This document shows positions 9,994-20,154 of a stretch of DNA of 64,000 bases, one piece after another. The stretch covers positions 96,001 to 160,000 of the forward strand of contig CAVZZA010000005.1 of assembly GCA_963779615.1 (NCBI GenBank), written 5' to 3'. Position numbers and translations under genes: made by a program. Position 1 is the first letter of the stretch. Each line of letters begins with the position of its first letter. The notes beneath the pieces were generated by a model. That model saw only the letters and a program-made list of their open reading frames with translations. It did no database searches and had not been told where the DNA came from. The stretch comes from an uncultured Nitrososphaeraceae archaeon. GTDB taxonomy: Archaea; Thermoproteota; Nitrososphaeria; Nitrososphaerales; Nitrososphaeraceae.

Positions 9994-10725
9994 TTATTTG
10001 CTTACCTCCTCTTTAACTTCAACCATTTCAACATGCTTGTCTGATTCTATTGATGAGGTATCACTACCAAGGTCATGTTCTTCAGCCTTTTCACTAACCA
10101 TCTTAGAGCTTTCATCTGATGAATTATCTTTGAAATGAGTTAACAATTCGAATTCTGGTGGAACAGCTCCCTTTATAGCAATTTTCAACCTTATCCCCAT
10201 TATACCCATCTTTGTTAAGACATGAGTAATCCCCTCTTTTACCACTCTATCTGCCATATTACCACTTTTAGGAATTACTCCCGCTGAATGTTTCTCAAAA
10301 TGAGCTCTTTCACTTCTGAGTTTACCTGATATAGTAACCTCTACACCCAATGCTCCTGCGTTTTTTATGGTATTAACGGTCCACAAAGCTGCCCTTCGAA
10401 ATGCAGTACCTCTTTCTATCAATTGAGCAATCCTATTACACATTATCTTAGGGTTTAACTCCGGAATTTCCATCTCAACTACTGAAATTTGTGGGTTTGT
10501 TAAACCATATTTAACCTCTAATTTTGATGTCAGGTCTTTTATACCACTTCCTTTTCTTCCTATAACTAATCCAGGTCTTGTGACATACAACGTTAGCCTT
10601 GTACCTAATGGTGATTTTTGGATATCAACACCGCCATATCCTGCGTCTTTTAATTCTTCTCTCAAGAATTCATCCAGTTCCATGTTTCTAAAGTTATTCT
10701 TTAGGACGTTTTTTATAGCATTCAT
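9994..10725 (-). CDS. rps3: 30S ribosomal protein S3
   Basis: KH motif RPGLVIGRKG, ISGKLRSERA; acidic C-terminal tail. Confidence 0.97.
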   Translation of the reverse strand: MNAIKNVLKNNFRNMELDEFLREELKDAGYGGVDIQKSPLGTRLTLYVTRPGLVIGRKGSGIKDLTSKLEVKYGLTNPQISVVEMEIPELNPKIMCNRIAQLIERGTAFRRAALWTVNTIKNAGALGVEVTISGKLRSERAHFEKHSAGVIPKSGNMADRVVKEGITHVLTKMGIMGIRLKIAIKGAVPPEFELLTHFKDNSSDESSKMVSEKAEEHDLGSDTSSIESDKHVEMVEVKEEVSK

Positions 10726-11199
10726 TTAAGATGTCCTCCCTTCCATTGCAATCATTTCAACATGAACCAATGTATCATATTTTGGGCTAGCTCTCCCCAT
10801 CGCACGGGGTGTAAACCTTTTTAATTTTGTTCCTTGATGAACTACTACCGAAATAATTTTTAATCTATCAAGGTCCATCCCTTTATATTCTGCATTGGAT
10901 TCCAAATTATCGAGCAACTTTAAAAACTCACTTGTCGATTTGTGCGGATAGCGGCCAGAACAGAAACCATCACGTATATTTGTACGATGAGCCACCTCAT
11001 TGTGATATCGCCTGTAGGGAACAGCTATTTTTTTAGACAATACATTCTCAAGGAATTCTCTTGCTTTTTCAATACTTTTACCTTTCACTGCTAATGCAAT
11101 CTCTCGTGAATGTTTATGTGAAATAGATTTATCACGTAAGGCAGCCCTTACGTGTCTAGATTTCTCATATTTTTGAAAAGAATATGAATAATTAGGCAT
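10726..11199 (-). CDS. rpl22: 50S ribosomal protein L22
   Basis: ISHKHSREI, GRYP.K, NAEYKG, PRAMGRA. Confidence 0.97.
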   Translation of the reverse strand: MPNYSYSFQKYEKSRHVRAALRDKSISHKHSREIALAVKGKSIEKAREFLENVLSKKIAVPYRRYHNEVAHRTNIRDGFCSGRYPHKSTSEFLKLLDNLESNAEYKGMDLDRLKIISVVVHQGTKLKRFTPRAMGRASPKYDTLVHVEMIAMEGRTS

Positions 11200-11204
11200 C
11201 TATA

Positions 11205-11612
11205 TCACTTTAATGGAACATACAAGCTTGAACGTGACGAACCAACTCCAGGTGACCCGTGCTGAACTCTTTTATTAGTAATTGAATATTCTCCAAGGTA
11301 ATGACCAACCATTTCTGCTCTAATGGTAAAAGATACAAATTCTTTTCCATTATGAACAAGAACATTCAATCCTATCATATCAGGTAATATTATCATATCC
11401 CTAAGATGGGTTTTTAATGGGCTTGTCAATTTCCCCTCTCTTGATAGTTTTAACTCTTCTCTAAATTTTCTTTTTTCATCTGTCATATAAGTAGACAATC
11501 GCCTATCTAAAGATCTTCTCTGACGGGAATTTAGCAATGGCATTAATTTCTCAATGGATATTTTTTGAACTTGGTCGGCAGAATAACCTTTGAATTTAAA
11601 CTCTCTTACCAT
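11205..11612 (-). CDS. rps19: 30S ribosomal protein S19
   Basis: KTHLRDMIILP, HNGKEF, GHYLGEYS, HGSPGVG. Confidence 0.97.
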   Translation of the reverse strand: MVREFKFKGYSADQVQKISIEKLMPLLNSRQRRSLDRRLSTYMTDEKRKFREELKLSREGKLTSPLKTHLRDMIILPDMIGLNVLVHNGKEFVSFTIRAEMVGHYLGEYSITNKRVQHGSPGVGSSRSSLYVPLK

Positions 11613-11675
11613 TTATAGACACTCTCCATCAACAGGAAGAATTTTAGATTTGATATAAACAATAGATCTCAATAT

Positions 11676-11984
11676 TTACACCAAACCTAAATTAGTCGCT
11701 AGTTGTCTAGCACCATCTGTATTTTTAAACTTCATGATAGCCTTTTTACCTCTAATGGTATTAAATGTATTTACTTCGCTAACATCTGCCTCATAAATTA
11801 CTCTCATAGATTCAATGACTTGTTTTTTAGTCGACTTACTGTGGACGATAAAGACCAGTTTATTTTCTTTTTCAATAAGGTTAAAAGTTTTTTCGGTTAT
11901 ATAGGGTTCAACTAAAATTTTACTGGCTATATCGGCATTGATTTTTATGTTTTTATTATTTATAAACTCACTCATTTCTATCAC
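11676..11984 (-). CDS. rpl23: 50S ribosomal protein L23
   Basis: PYITEK, NKLVFIV, VNT, KKAIMK. Confidence 0.95.
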   Translation of the reverse strand: MIEMSEFINNKNIKINADIASKILVEPYITEKTFNLIEKENKLVFIVHSKSTKKQVIESMRVIYEADVSEVNTFNTIRGKKAIMKFKNTDGARQLATNLGLV

Positions 11985-12796
11985 TTTTCTAATAATAAAT
12001 TTAAAGGAAGCTTTATTTCCTTTAATACATCTAATGCACTTTGAGAAAAAATCGCTAACCTAATAGGTTTTGACCCCGGCACTAAATCCAACACACTCAA
12101 GTTTTTTGCATATTTAACGGTAATACCAGGAATTGAATCATTTAAATTTAATAATTGTGAATCTTTTGTGCCTACAATAATAATAGCACTTTTTCCAATT
12201 TTATTAGACCTACCTCTCCTTCTGGATTTTCCCGTTCGCTTTTTTATTGAATTCTCGACTCGTTTTAAATCACTTTCTATACCCAATGCTTTTAATACTT
12301 GTAACAACATTTTTGTTTTTTGAATATTTTCAATTTCATTAACAACAACCAAAGGAAAGGATTTTATTTCATCAACAGCATGACCTCTTTTTTTTGCCAA
12401 TTCATTAACAGCTGTTGAGGATATTGATGAATATAATGCAATCAGCTTTTCTTTTTTATTTATTTTCTTATAAGTTACCTTCCAAGATTCAGGTGGATGT
12501 GCCAATCTCCCTTTTCTTACTCCTGCTACCCCAGCTGCCTGTCCTGCACGCGAAAAACCTTCTCCTTTTGCTCTAGCTAATCTAGCAATACCCAAACCAG
12601 TGTTTCGTGATTCTGCACTTACTATCTCCCCTGCGGCGGGGTACCTTCCTTGTTTTTGATAATGATGAGAATCCAGATTAACATATACTTTTTTTATGAC
12701 TTCTGGGCGATAAGGAAAATTGAATACGGGAGGTAGATCCACATTTGAAGTCTCCCTTCCTTCTAAATCATATACTTTTGCATTCATACTACACAA
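11981..12796 (-). CDS. rpl4: 50S ribosomal protein L4
   Basis: AESRNTGLGIAR, GRLAHPP, LVPG. Confidence 0.96.
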   Translation of the reverse strand: MCSMNAKVYDLEGRETSNVDLPPVFNFPYRPEVIKKVYVNLDSHHYQKQGRYPAAGEIVSAESRNTGLGIARLARAKGEGFSRAGQAAGVAGVRKGRLAHPPESWKVTYKKINKKEKLIALYSSISSTAVNELAKKRGHAVDEIKSFPLVVVNEIENIQKTKMLLQVLKALGIESDLKRVENSIKKRTGKSRRRGRSNKIGKSAIIIVGTKDSQLLNLNDSIPGITVKYAKNLSVLDLVPGSKPIRLAIFSQSALDVLKEIKLPLNLLLEK

Positions 12797-13805
12797 TCAC
12801 TTCCAATATTTTAGGTTCAACATTTTTTGTTGGTTTACTGCGAATCGGTTGTCGTAATTTTATTAATCTTTTTGGAACACCTGGAATAGTACCTCTGACT
12901 ATCATGTAATCCCCATCCACCAATCCATAATGTTTGAAACCGCCTTTAGGATTAATATTTGTAACGTCGTTTCTTTCAGAATTTGACATTAACAATATTC
13001 TTTTATTATATTCGGTTCTTTGATGAAATCCCCTTTGACCTTGTCTTGGAACCGTATACATAACTACGGCTGGAGAAATAGGTCCTAGGGTTCCGACAGC
13101 TCTTACACTTTTCCTTGATTTGTGCTGTTTTCGTTTAACTCCGAATCTTGTAATTGGCCCTTCAACACCTTTTCCCCGAGTTATTCCATTCACATCAATA
13201 TGTTGACCGTTTTTAAAAACATCTAATGCACGAACCTCTTGGCCTAGTTTTGATTTTAGGAAATCAAATTTGGTTTTAACATCCTTACCGGAAACAGGCA
13301 CTTCAAAAATAAAAGGCTTTTTTTGTGAAATTCCAACCCTGTCGGGGAAAACTGCAACTACTGCCACTAGATGCTCAGCATTTGCAAGACTATTTTCTGC
13401 TTTTTTAAGTCCATCTTCAGAGTATTTAGCTTTAAACTTTGATGACAGATCTTTAACAGAATCTTTAGAATAAACATCAAAAATGGCATGCCTACCATAC
13501 CCATCTACTGAATAACCCCTAATCCCAACGATTTTTAATGGAGGCAATGAAATAACAGTAGAATGATTCATCAAAGGTTTTCCATAATTTGGAGTTTTTT
13601 CTTTATCATCTATAGTCATTACCTGGATTTGCCCTACTTTAAACCCAGCAAAACCAACCAGCCCGACACTCTCCTTATTGGAATTGTCAGGCCATGTTCT
13701 TAGTCGAGCTTCCAGACTTTTTGCTCTGGCCCTAGGACGAAAAGCAATACTTCCTCTTCTCGGTGCGCTATACTTTCTATGACCCATATATAAAAAATTT
13801 TTCAA
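12789..13805 (-). CDS. rpl3: 50S ribosomal protein L3
   Basis: PRRGSIAFRPRARA, GFKVG, GQRGFHQRTEYNKRI; true start probably the internal MGHRK. Confidence 0.97.
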   Translation of the reverse strand: MKNFLYMGHRKYSAPRRGSIAFRPRARAKSLEARLRTWPDNSNKESVGLVGFAGFKVGQIQVMTIDDKEKTPNYGKPLMNHSTVISLPPLKIVGIRGYSVDGYGRHAIFDVYSKDSVKDLSSKFKAKYSEDGLKKAENSLANAEHLVAVVAVFPDRVGISQKKPFIFEVPVSGKDVKTKFDFLKSKLGQEVRALDVFKNGQHIDVNGITRGKGVEGPITRFGVKRKQHKSRKSVRAVGTLGPISPAVVMYTVPRQGQRGFHQRTEYNKRILLMSNSERNDVTNINPKGGFKHYGLVDGDYMIVRGTIPGVPKRLIKLRQPIRSKPTKNVEPKILEVIV

Positions 13806-13846
13806 AACCCATTAATAAGTTTATAATTACCAAAGGATTGGCGATT

Positions 13847-14722
13847 TTAAACTTTAGAATCAATAAAAATATTCAATATAGATAATACACCAAGTATGGA
13901 CTCCTCTAACCTTACAGTTTGTGTTCCTTGATAAGGAAAAAAATTAAACGAATGATAATTGGATATGTTTATCCTTTCTTTAATGAAAATATCGTTTAAA
14001 CCATATTTTGGTGATCCAAAAACTATCAAAATAGAATTATCGGCACTTTTATTATTTTGTAAATCATATAGAAAACTGGAATCAAGTTTAAAGTATTCAG
14101 AATATTTAGATGTAAGAATTATTTTGGGTTTTGGATACTTCTTTAAAATTTCATCTATGAAATTGTTATAAAAAACGTTGTATCCCCAATAAATTTCGTT
14201 AATTCCTTCACGGTTTACATCTACAGCAGTTAAAGTATTGTTTTTTTTTAACAATTTTACGTTGATTTTTTTTCCTTGTTGTTTTATATTCCCCTGATAT
14301 TTAATTAAGGAATCCAATCCCACGTCTACAAAAAACTGTTTATCTCTTTTTTCCAACACCCCGACCCTTGTTTCTCCACTTTTAACATTTTCTAATGCGA
14401 TTTTATCTTTATGGTGAGGAGATCGGATAGGATGAAGTCTACCAACATACTTAAAAAAATCCATTTTGGGATAAATCTTTTTTCTAAGATATTGAGGGGT
14501 ATCAAGATATTCTAAAAGTGTAACTATAAAATTGGTTTCATCTTTTCTCGGATTAATAATTTTATCATGGAAAATAAATATATTTTCGACTCGAAAAATA
14601 GACAAACATCGAGAAAGCTGGAAGATTTTAAAGGTTTTATCAGTGTCTGATGTAATACCACTTAAAAAGGAATCAGGTATTGCTATATCAAATTTTAAAT
14701 TAGTATTAGATATAATTATCAC
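13847..14722 (-). CDS. SPOUT-family RNA methyltransferase (DUF171)
   Basis: IAIPDS, YLDTPQYLRK, VFGSP, QGTQTVRLEE; usual position upstream of rpl3. Confidence 0.9.
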   Translation of the reverse strand: MIIISNTNLKFDIAIPDSFLSGITSDTDKTFKIFQLSRCLSIFRVENIFIFHDKIINPRKDETNFIVTLLEYLDTPQYLRKKIYPKMDFFKYVGRLHPIRSPHHKDKIALENVKSGETRVGVLEKRDKQFFVDVGLDSLIKYQGNIKQQGKKINVKLLKKNNTLTAVDVNREGINEIYWGYNVFYNNFIDEILKKYPKPKIILTSKYSEYFKLDSSFLYDLQNNKSADNSILIVFGSPKYGLNDIFIKERINISNYHSFNFFPYQGTQTVRLEESILGVLSILNIFIDSKV

Positions 14723-15384
14723 CTGTTTTCTAAAAGTTCTTTTACAGCTCCCTCCAAATAACCATCTGAACCAAAGAAACTGTATCTTAAAACTCCGTCC
14801 CTGTCAATAATAATTGAAGATGGAGTTCCTCTGAGTTTGTATAATTCAAAAGTTTGTGCAGAAAATTCTTTATTCCTCAAATAATTTTGTACTTTTGAAA
14901 ATAATTCTTCTTTTTCTTTTTCAGAAGAAGGTTTGTAGTCCGCGAAATAGGTTTCAATAAAATCTTTAACCACATCTTCAGAAATATTTTCAGGCATTTT
15001 TGTCACTTTATCCATGGCGACAGGAAAAGGGATCTTATAATAAAGGGTATCCCCATTTACCAATTTGCCATGCTGTCGTAAAGTTTTATAAGTTTCACCT
15101 ATTACCTTACCCTCTGTTAAAAGTGATTTCAAGTTCTCAAGATTATTTTTATCGTAATCTTCAAAAGCAGTTGCAATGCCTAATACCCTTACTTCTTTAT
15201 CTTTGTATTTTTCATAAAGGGAGATAGATTGAGGCAATCCATAAAGAAAACATCCAGGGCAATTTACCTGGAAGACCTCTATGACAATAATATTACCGTA
15301 TAATTTATCGATATTGGTTGGTAATCCCTGGATCCAATCAGATACCTTGACATTAGGAGCTTTAGCACCTATTTCAGCTAACAT
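14719..15384 (-). CDS. TlpA/redoxin-like thiol-disulfide oxidoreductase
   Basis: FQVNCPGC active site, FPVAMD, RGTPS cis-Pro loop. Confidence 0.85.
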   Translation of the reverse strand: MLAEIGAKAPNVKVSDWIQGLPTNIDKLYGNIIVIEVFQVNCPGCFLYGLPQSISLYEKYKDKEVRVLGIATAFEDYDKNNLENLKSLLTEGKVIGETYKTLRQHGKLVNGDTLYYKIPFPVAMDKVTKMPENISEDVVKDFIETYFADYKPSSEKEKEELFSKVQNYLRNKEFSAQTFELYKLRGTPSSIIIDRDGVLRYSFFGSDGYLEGAVKELLENR

Positions 15385-15463
15385 TTTACACCAGATTTCA
15401 AATCTAAATGATTATTTAAACTGTCCTTATTGATAAAAATTATATTTATTGTGTGATCAATAA

Positions 15464-16195
15464 TTAGGTAGAGCTTTCTTTTTGCGTGATTTCTTTAGAA
15501 TATCGTTCTATTTCTTCTTCAGAGATCATTTTAAGTGTTTTAGAGGCTGAATCAATTACTGCAAGTCTAATGTGCTTCGTCCCTGTTTTTTCCTCACTTA
15601 CAGTGAAAATAGATTCTATGGCCAAAACACATGCCTTATCCATTGATATGTCACTTTTGTAATTCTTTTCCAAAAATTCAGTTACTTGTTCACTTCCAGC
15701 ACCGATTGCCACTGCATCATATCCGATATATGTTCCGCTTGGATCTGTGAGATACAGTCCAAGGCCATTTTTATCTACCCCTGCAAGAATCAAAGCAACA
15801 CCATATGGTCTCACTCCAGCATATTGGGTGTACTGCTGCGCCATGTCTGCTAAATTTTTAGCAACACCTTCTACATCTACTGGTTCATCATAAATCAACC
15901 TATTACTTTGAGAAAAAAATCTAGCATGGTCAACTTGTGTTCGCGCATCAGGGATATAACCTGCGGCGGCAAGACCAATATGGTCATCAATTTGAAATAT
16001 TTTTTGAGTAACACTTGATACTTGTAATTTTCTGGTTTTTTCCTCAACTGCCAAAAGGACACCTTCAGTGCTTTTTATTCCTAAAGCTAAAGTGCCTCTT
16101 CTAACAGTCTCGATTGCATATTCTACCTGATATAATCGGCCATCAGGTGAAAAAACTGTAATTGCTCTATCATAACCTGCTGCGGCTGGTAACAA
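15464..16195 (-). CDS. psmA: proteasome alpha subunit
   Basis: YDRAITVFSPDGRLYQVEYA, GVRPYGV, DPSG. Confidence 0.98.
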   Translation of the reverse strand: MLPAAAGYDRAITVFSPDGRLYQVEYAIETVRRGTLALGIKSTEGVLLAVEEKTRKLQVSSVTQKIFQIDDHIGLAAAGYIPDARTQVDHARFFSQSNRLIYDEPVDVEGVAKNLADMAQQYTQYAGVRPYGVALILAGVDKNGLGLYLTDPSGTYIGYDAVAIGAGSEQVTEFLEKNYKSDISMDKACVLAIESIFTVSEEKTGTKHIRLAVIDSASKTLKMISEEEIERYSKEITQKESST

Positions 16196-16307
16196 ATCAA
16201 CTAATTTACTTTCTAGTCTTTATTTATAGTTACCTTATTTAAAAAAGAAACTAATTAATTATCATTGATAATATTTTTATTTTGTTTAATTAGCATGTAA
16301 TAAGATT

Positions 16308-16727
16308 TTGATATCAGAGGAGGTTATCTTTGAAGGGCACCCAAACGTTCAGTCTTTACACTCCAGAACAATAGAAATAACAAAGGACAAAAATTTAACC
16401 TTAAAAGGAGATTGTATAATAGGAGTAAATGCAAATAAATCGTGCAAAGACTTGCTACCTAAAATAAAGGAAAAAATAAAAAAAAATAATTCATCTATTG
16501 AAATAGAATTAATAGTAGAACCTTATAGTTTCATAATCAAAGGTTCAGGTAATGAGGATCTTTTATTATCAAATTCTAAAGATATTGTTTTACGAAAAAG
16601 CAAATTTATTTGTGATCGAACACTTTCTATAAATTGTAATTATGGTTCATTAGAAATACCGAGAGAAATTATTGATTTATTAAAGAATTTAGGCAAGACG
16701 GGCATTATGTTAATTAAGGTAGAATAG
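16308..16727 (+). CDS. DUF371 family protein
   Basis: GHPNV...H.RTIEITKD..LT..GDCIIGV, LRKS.F...RTL. Confidence 0.88.
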   Translation: MISEEVIFEGHPNVQSLHSRTIEITKDKNLTLKGDCIIGVNANKSCKDLLPKIKEKIKKNNSSIEIELIVEPYSFIIKGSGNEDLLLSNSKDIVLRKSKFICDRTLSINCNYGSLEIPREIIDLLKNLGKTGIMLIKVE

Positions 16728-16756
16728 GAAGGCCTTTAAATCCGAATAATTAAAAT

Positions 16757-17626
16757 TCAAATTTTTTTAAAATCGGTCTTTGTTATCTTCTCAAATGCTT
16801 CAATATATCTATCGGATATTTTATTGATTATATCAGAGGGCAAATATGGAGGTTTGGGTTTTTTACCCCGTAATGAAAAGTCATCAATAGTTTTTTTAAA
16901 GCCAGTTTCGATCAACCAATCTCTCAATATTTGTTTATCGAAGCTATCCTGTAATTTTCCAGGAGAGTATTTATCAGATTCCCATAGCCTATATTCATCG
17001 GGACCAAGAGAATCTGCCAATACAATTTCACCAGTTAAAGGATCTTTTCCAAATTCAAATTTAACATCAGCTAATATATAATTTGAGGATGAATTTATTA
17101 TGTTATTCATTTGATTATAGAGATTAAGAGATAACCATTTTATTTTATCAAATTCACCATTACTCAATATACTATTTTTTATAATTTGTTCTTCGGTTAT
17201 TGGAAGATCATGTTCATCAGACTTGGTTGTAGGATCAAATAATAAAAAAGGCAGTTTAGATGCAACAGCAAATTCGTTATTTTTCAAATAAGAACATAAT
17301 TCTATTGGTATATTCATATAATTTCCCGTTTTATAACGGGAAAACAAGCCTCCATACATATAACCCCTAACAACACATTCGATTGGAATCATTGTTAATC
17401 TTTTAACTAAAATTTTATCTCTGTCAATTTTTTTTATATAGTGGTTGTTAATATTTAATGAAGAAAACCAGAATATAGCAAAATCGCATAATACTTTACC
17501 TTTATACGGAATGGAGTTATTCATTATTATATCAAAAGCTGAAACTCTATCGGTAAAATGAAAAATCAAGGTTTCTTTATCAACTTCATATATATCTTTG
17601 ACCTTTCCCTTTTTGATTAGCCTCAA
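16757..17626 (-). CDS. purC: phosphoribosylaminoimidazole-succinocarboxamide synthase
   Basis: GKVKDIY, DRVSAFD, ECVVRGY, ADVKFEFG, FDKQ.LRDWL. Confidence 0.96.
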   Translation of the reverse strand: MRLIKKGKVKDIYEVDKETLIFHFTDRVSAFDIIMNNSIPYKGKVLCDFAIFWFSSLNINNHYIKKIDRDKILVKRLTMIPIECVVRGYMYGGLFSRYKTGNYMNIPIELCSYLKNNEFAVASKLPFLLFDPTTKSDEHDLPITEEQIIKNSILSNGEFDKIKWLSLNLYNQMNNIINSSSNYILADVKFEFGKDPLTGEIVLADSLGPDEYRLWESDKYSPGKLQDSFDKQILRDWLIETGFKKTIDDFSLRGKKPKPPYLPSDIINKISDRYIEAFEKITKTDFKKI

Positions 17627-18462
17627 TATTTTAATTATAATATGGAAGGTAATAAAAATAATTTTTAGAACAAAAAAAAAGTAAATTGTTTTTTAAATGA
17701 AAATGCCAAGTCACCTCGCCAGGGAATCGGAATCTTATTAACAAATGTTATATCAAGCAATGTTTAAAATTGAAATGTTTTTAGCAATTCGGCATTTCAT
17801 TACTACAAAACTGTAAGACCATGAAGAGGAAAAACGTTTTGGTGATGCCAAAATCGACCAAGGATGATTACTTTAGCGTTGTAATTGACAAATCCACCAA
17901 TATCAACAATTTTTTTATATTTTTTTGTTGAAATAAATTAGACATTAAAACCCAAGATTGAAAAAGGAATAGATATGGCATATAGTTTGTTGTGTAATAT
18001 ATTTTTTTAAGGATTTATATCAATATTTTTTTGCCTATTTAGCAATAGTTTCATTTAGCATATGGTAGTGATCATCAAAAAATCCAATCCAACATGAAAA
18101 CATAATTTATATTACCTAGGTCTAAACATTCTCTTAATATTTGCATTGTGATCCCAGATGAATATCAAGCGTGCTGTGTTCCCGGTTACAAAGGTATTCA
18201 AATGGACTGCTGTCACAATGCAAATATTTTTTAAGGTCATATATCAAAATTAATAGCCAAGTAGTTCATTGCATTACAGTTCTATAAGATCATCCCCAGA
18301 TTTTACAAATTCAAAACATAAAACAATAATTTAGAAGTCTTATAATTTTACAAATAGTCCGAAAAAATTGTCAGCATAGGAAAAAAATTTAAGAAACGAC
18401 ATAATCAAGTTGTTATAACGTTTAATAAAAAAATAAAATTAGAAAGTTTACCGGATATTCTC

Positions 18463-18726
18463 TTGGGTTTGGATTCTGACGAGGGAATAAGGATAGAAAA
18501 TTGTGAGGACGGAAGAAAAATATTCATTAATAGAAATTTACTTGGAACATATAATATTTTAATAAGAACTAAGAAAAAATCAGTTAATCAAGATAAAGGA
18601 AAAGGGAAAGATAATGAAAAAAACGACAAAGGATGTTTTGAACAAATCCTTAACTATAATGAAGCCGCCCTTGTCTTAGAATTCATTAAAGAAAAAGTAG
18701 ATAAATTCAATATTTGGTTATATTGA
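18463..18726 (+). CDS. hypothetical protein
   Basis: 87-aa ORF with TTG start, no recognised motif. Confidence 0.55.
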   Translation: MGLDSDEGIRIENCEDGRKIFINRNLLGTYNILIRTKKKSVNQDKGKGKDNEKNDKGCFEQILNYNEAALVLEFIKEKVDKFNIWLY

Positions 18727-18921
18727 TCTAAAACATATACTTTTCATTTTTGTAATTCATAAAGTCATGAAAAAAACGCAAATTTATAAATGTGGTTGCT
18801 TCATTATACCAAGAAAAGTTATTTAAACTAGGCATACACAAAAAAACAAAGTCCAACAGGTTAATTTTTAAATATATAAAATCAAAGATTGTAAATCATT
18901 CAAGGATTGAAAAGATTTATT

Positions 18922-19140
18922 TTATTGAGGCGTCCATTTAAAATAAACCGTACCTGCTTTACATGTTACAAATAGATTTGATGAAGCATAAGTAGAATTT
19001 ACTTCTAATTCAGACAAAATGTCATCTATTTCGTTCTCATCTCCATTGGATTTTGAAAATATATTGATAATCTCTTCTTTTGAAAATTCTATGCCAGAAT
19101 TGATTTTAAAAAAATCAATTAATTCTAATTTATTAATCAT
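18922..19140 (-). CDS. small hypothetical protein (possibly winged-helix-like)
   Basis: 72-aa ORF, helix-helix-beta-hairpin pattern. Confidence 0.6.
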   Translation of the reverse strand: MINKLELIDFFKINSGIEFSKEEIINIFSKSNGDENEIDDILSELEVNSTYASSNLFVTCKAGTVYFKWTPQ

Positions 19141-19245
19141 GTTTAACTACAACTACAATTTCATGTAAATGAAATTTAAATTTATTATTTTATTGGATGA
19201 CATAGAAAAGATTTTATAAAAAAAAGGATTAACATAAATAAATTA

Positions 19246-20154
19246 TTGAAATATATACTCGAAATTTTTTTTATTTTTTTAATATTAATTTCTTATTACA
19301 ATTGTAAAGAATTTTTACAAATCAACGGTAAAACAATTCAGGTAGAAAAAGACCTTCCAACAAATAAAAATTTATTCAAAAGTTATAACTTAAATATAAA
19401 TGACACATTTAGTCTTGAAGGAACATTAATTTCAACCATTATTCCTAACATATCAACAATTTATTCTAATATCAATACCGAAGAAAAAAAAATTGATAAC
19501 ATATTGCAGCCAATAAACACCACAAACAACGCAAGCCAGTCTGGAAAAACAATAGAACAAGAATTATCAACCAACATTTACAATACTGTCAACACATCCT
19601 CATTATCACAGCAAATGACTCCAGCCATTACGAATCCTTCTTTATCCAATTTAACGGATATTGAACCAAATGGATCTGATAATATATCAGACAATTTGGT
19701 CTCAGTGCTTTCTGGAATAATAATAGAATCTATTCATAATGGAAATCCAACGATAATTGAGGAGGATTCACCTTTGGATTCAAATGTGAAAGGCAATAAA
19801 GAGATAATTCTATTATCTGGCAAGTGGAAGATGGACGTTCAGGATGGAAATATTACAAACTTTGATTCTAAATTTGTCATGGTTACATCAAATGGTACTG
19901 GCTTTCATTGGCACACAGTAAACAACCTAAAGACAAATGAAAAACTTTTTTTAGGAAAGGATGATAGTGCAGTAATTAACTCTAAATTGGATTTTGTTTC
20001 TGGCAGTAATACAACCAAAGAAACAGCGGATGTTTTATTGTCTATCAATAATTTAGAATTAATTCAATTAACAATATTTGATAAAGAAATTTCCAGTCAT
20101 TTTTTTGGATTTCCAATATATGGTACAATAGATTCAATAAAAATAAAAAACTAG
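19246..20154 (+). CDS. secreted/membrane-anchored Asn/Ser/Thr-rich hypothetical protein
   Basis: N-terminal hydrophobic segment; C-terminal beta-rich domain (LSGKW, HFFGFPIYG) of a type I associate with Nitrososphaeraceae surface proteins. Confidence 0.75.
   Translation: MKYILEIFFIFLILISYYNCKEFLQINGKTIQVEKDLPTNKNLFKSYNLNINDTFSLEGTLISTIIPNISTIYSNINTEEKKIDNILQPINTTNNASQSGKTIEQELSTNIYNTVNTSSLSQQMTPAITNPSLSNLTDIEPNGSDNISDNLVSVLSGIIIESIHNGNPTIIEEDSPLDSNVKGNKEIILLSGKWKMDVQDGNITNFDSKFVMVTSNGTGFHWHTVNNLKTNEKLFLGKDDSAVINSKLDFVSGSNTTKETADVLLSINNLELIQLTIFDKEISSHFFGFPIYGTIDSIKIKN

Noticed and set aside
17696-17801. tRNA 3'-end remnant or MITE (CTCGCCAGGGAATCGGAATC and a weak inverted repeat)
   Set aside because: No proper T loop or acceptor stem; the inverted repeat is short, gapped and AT-rich
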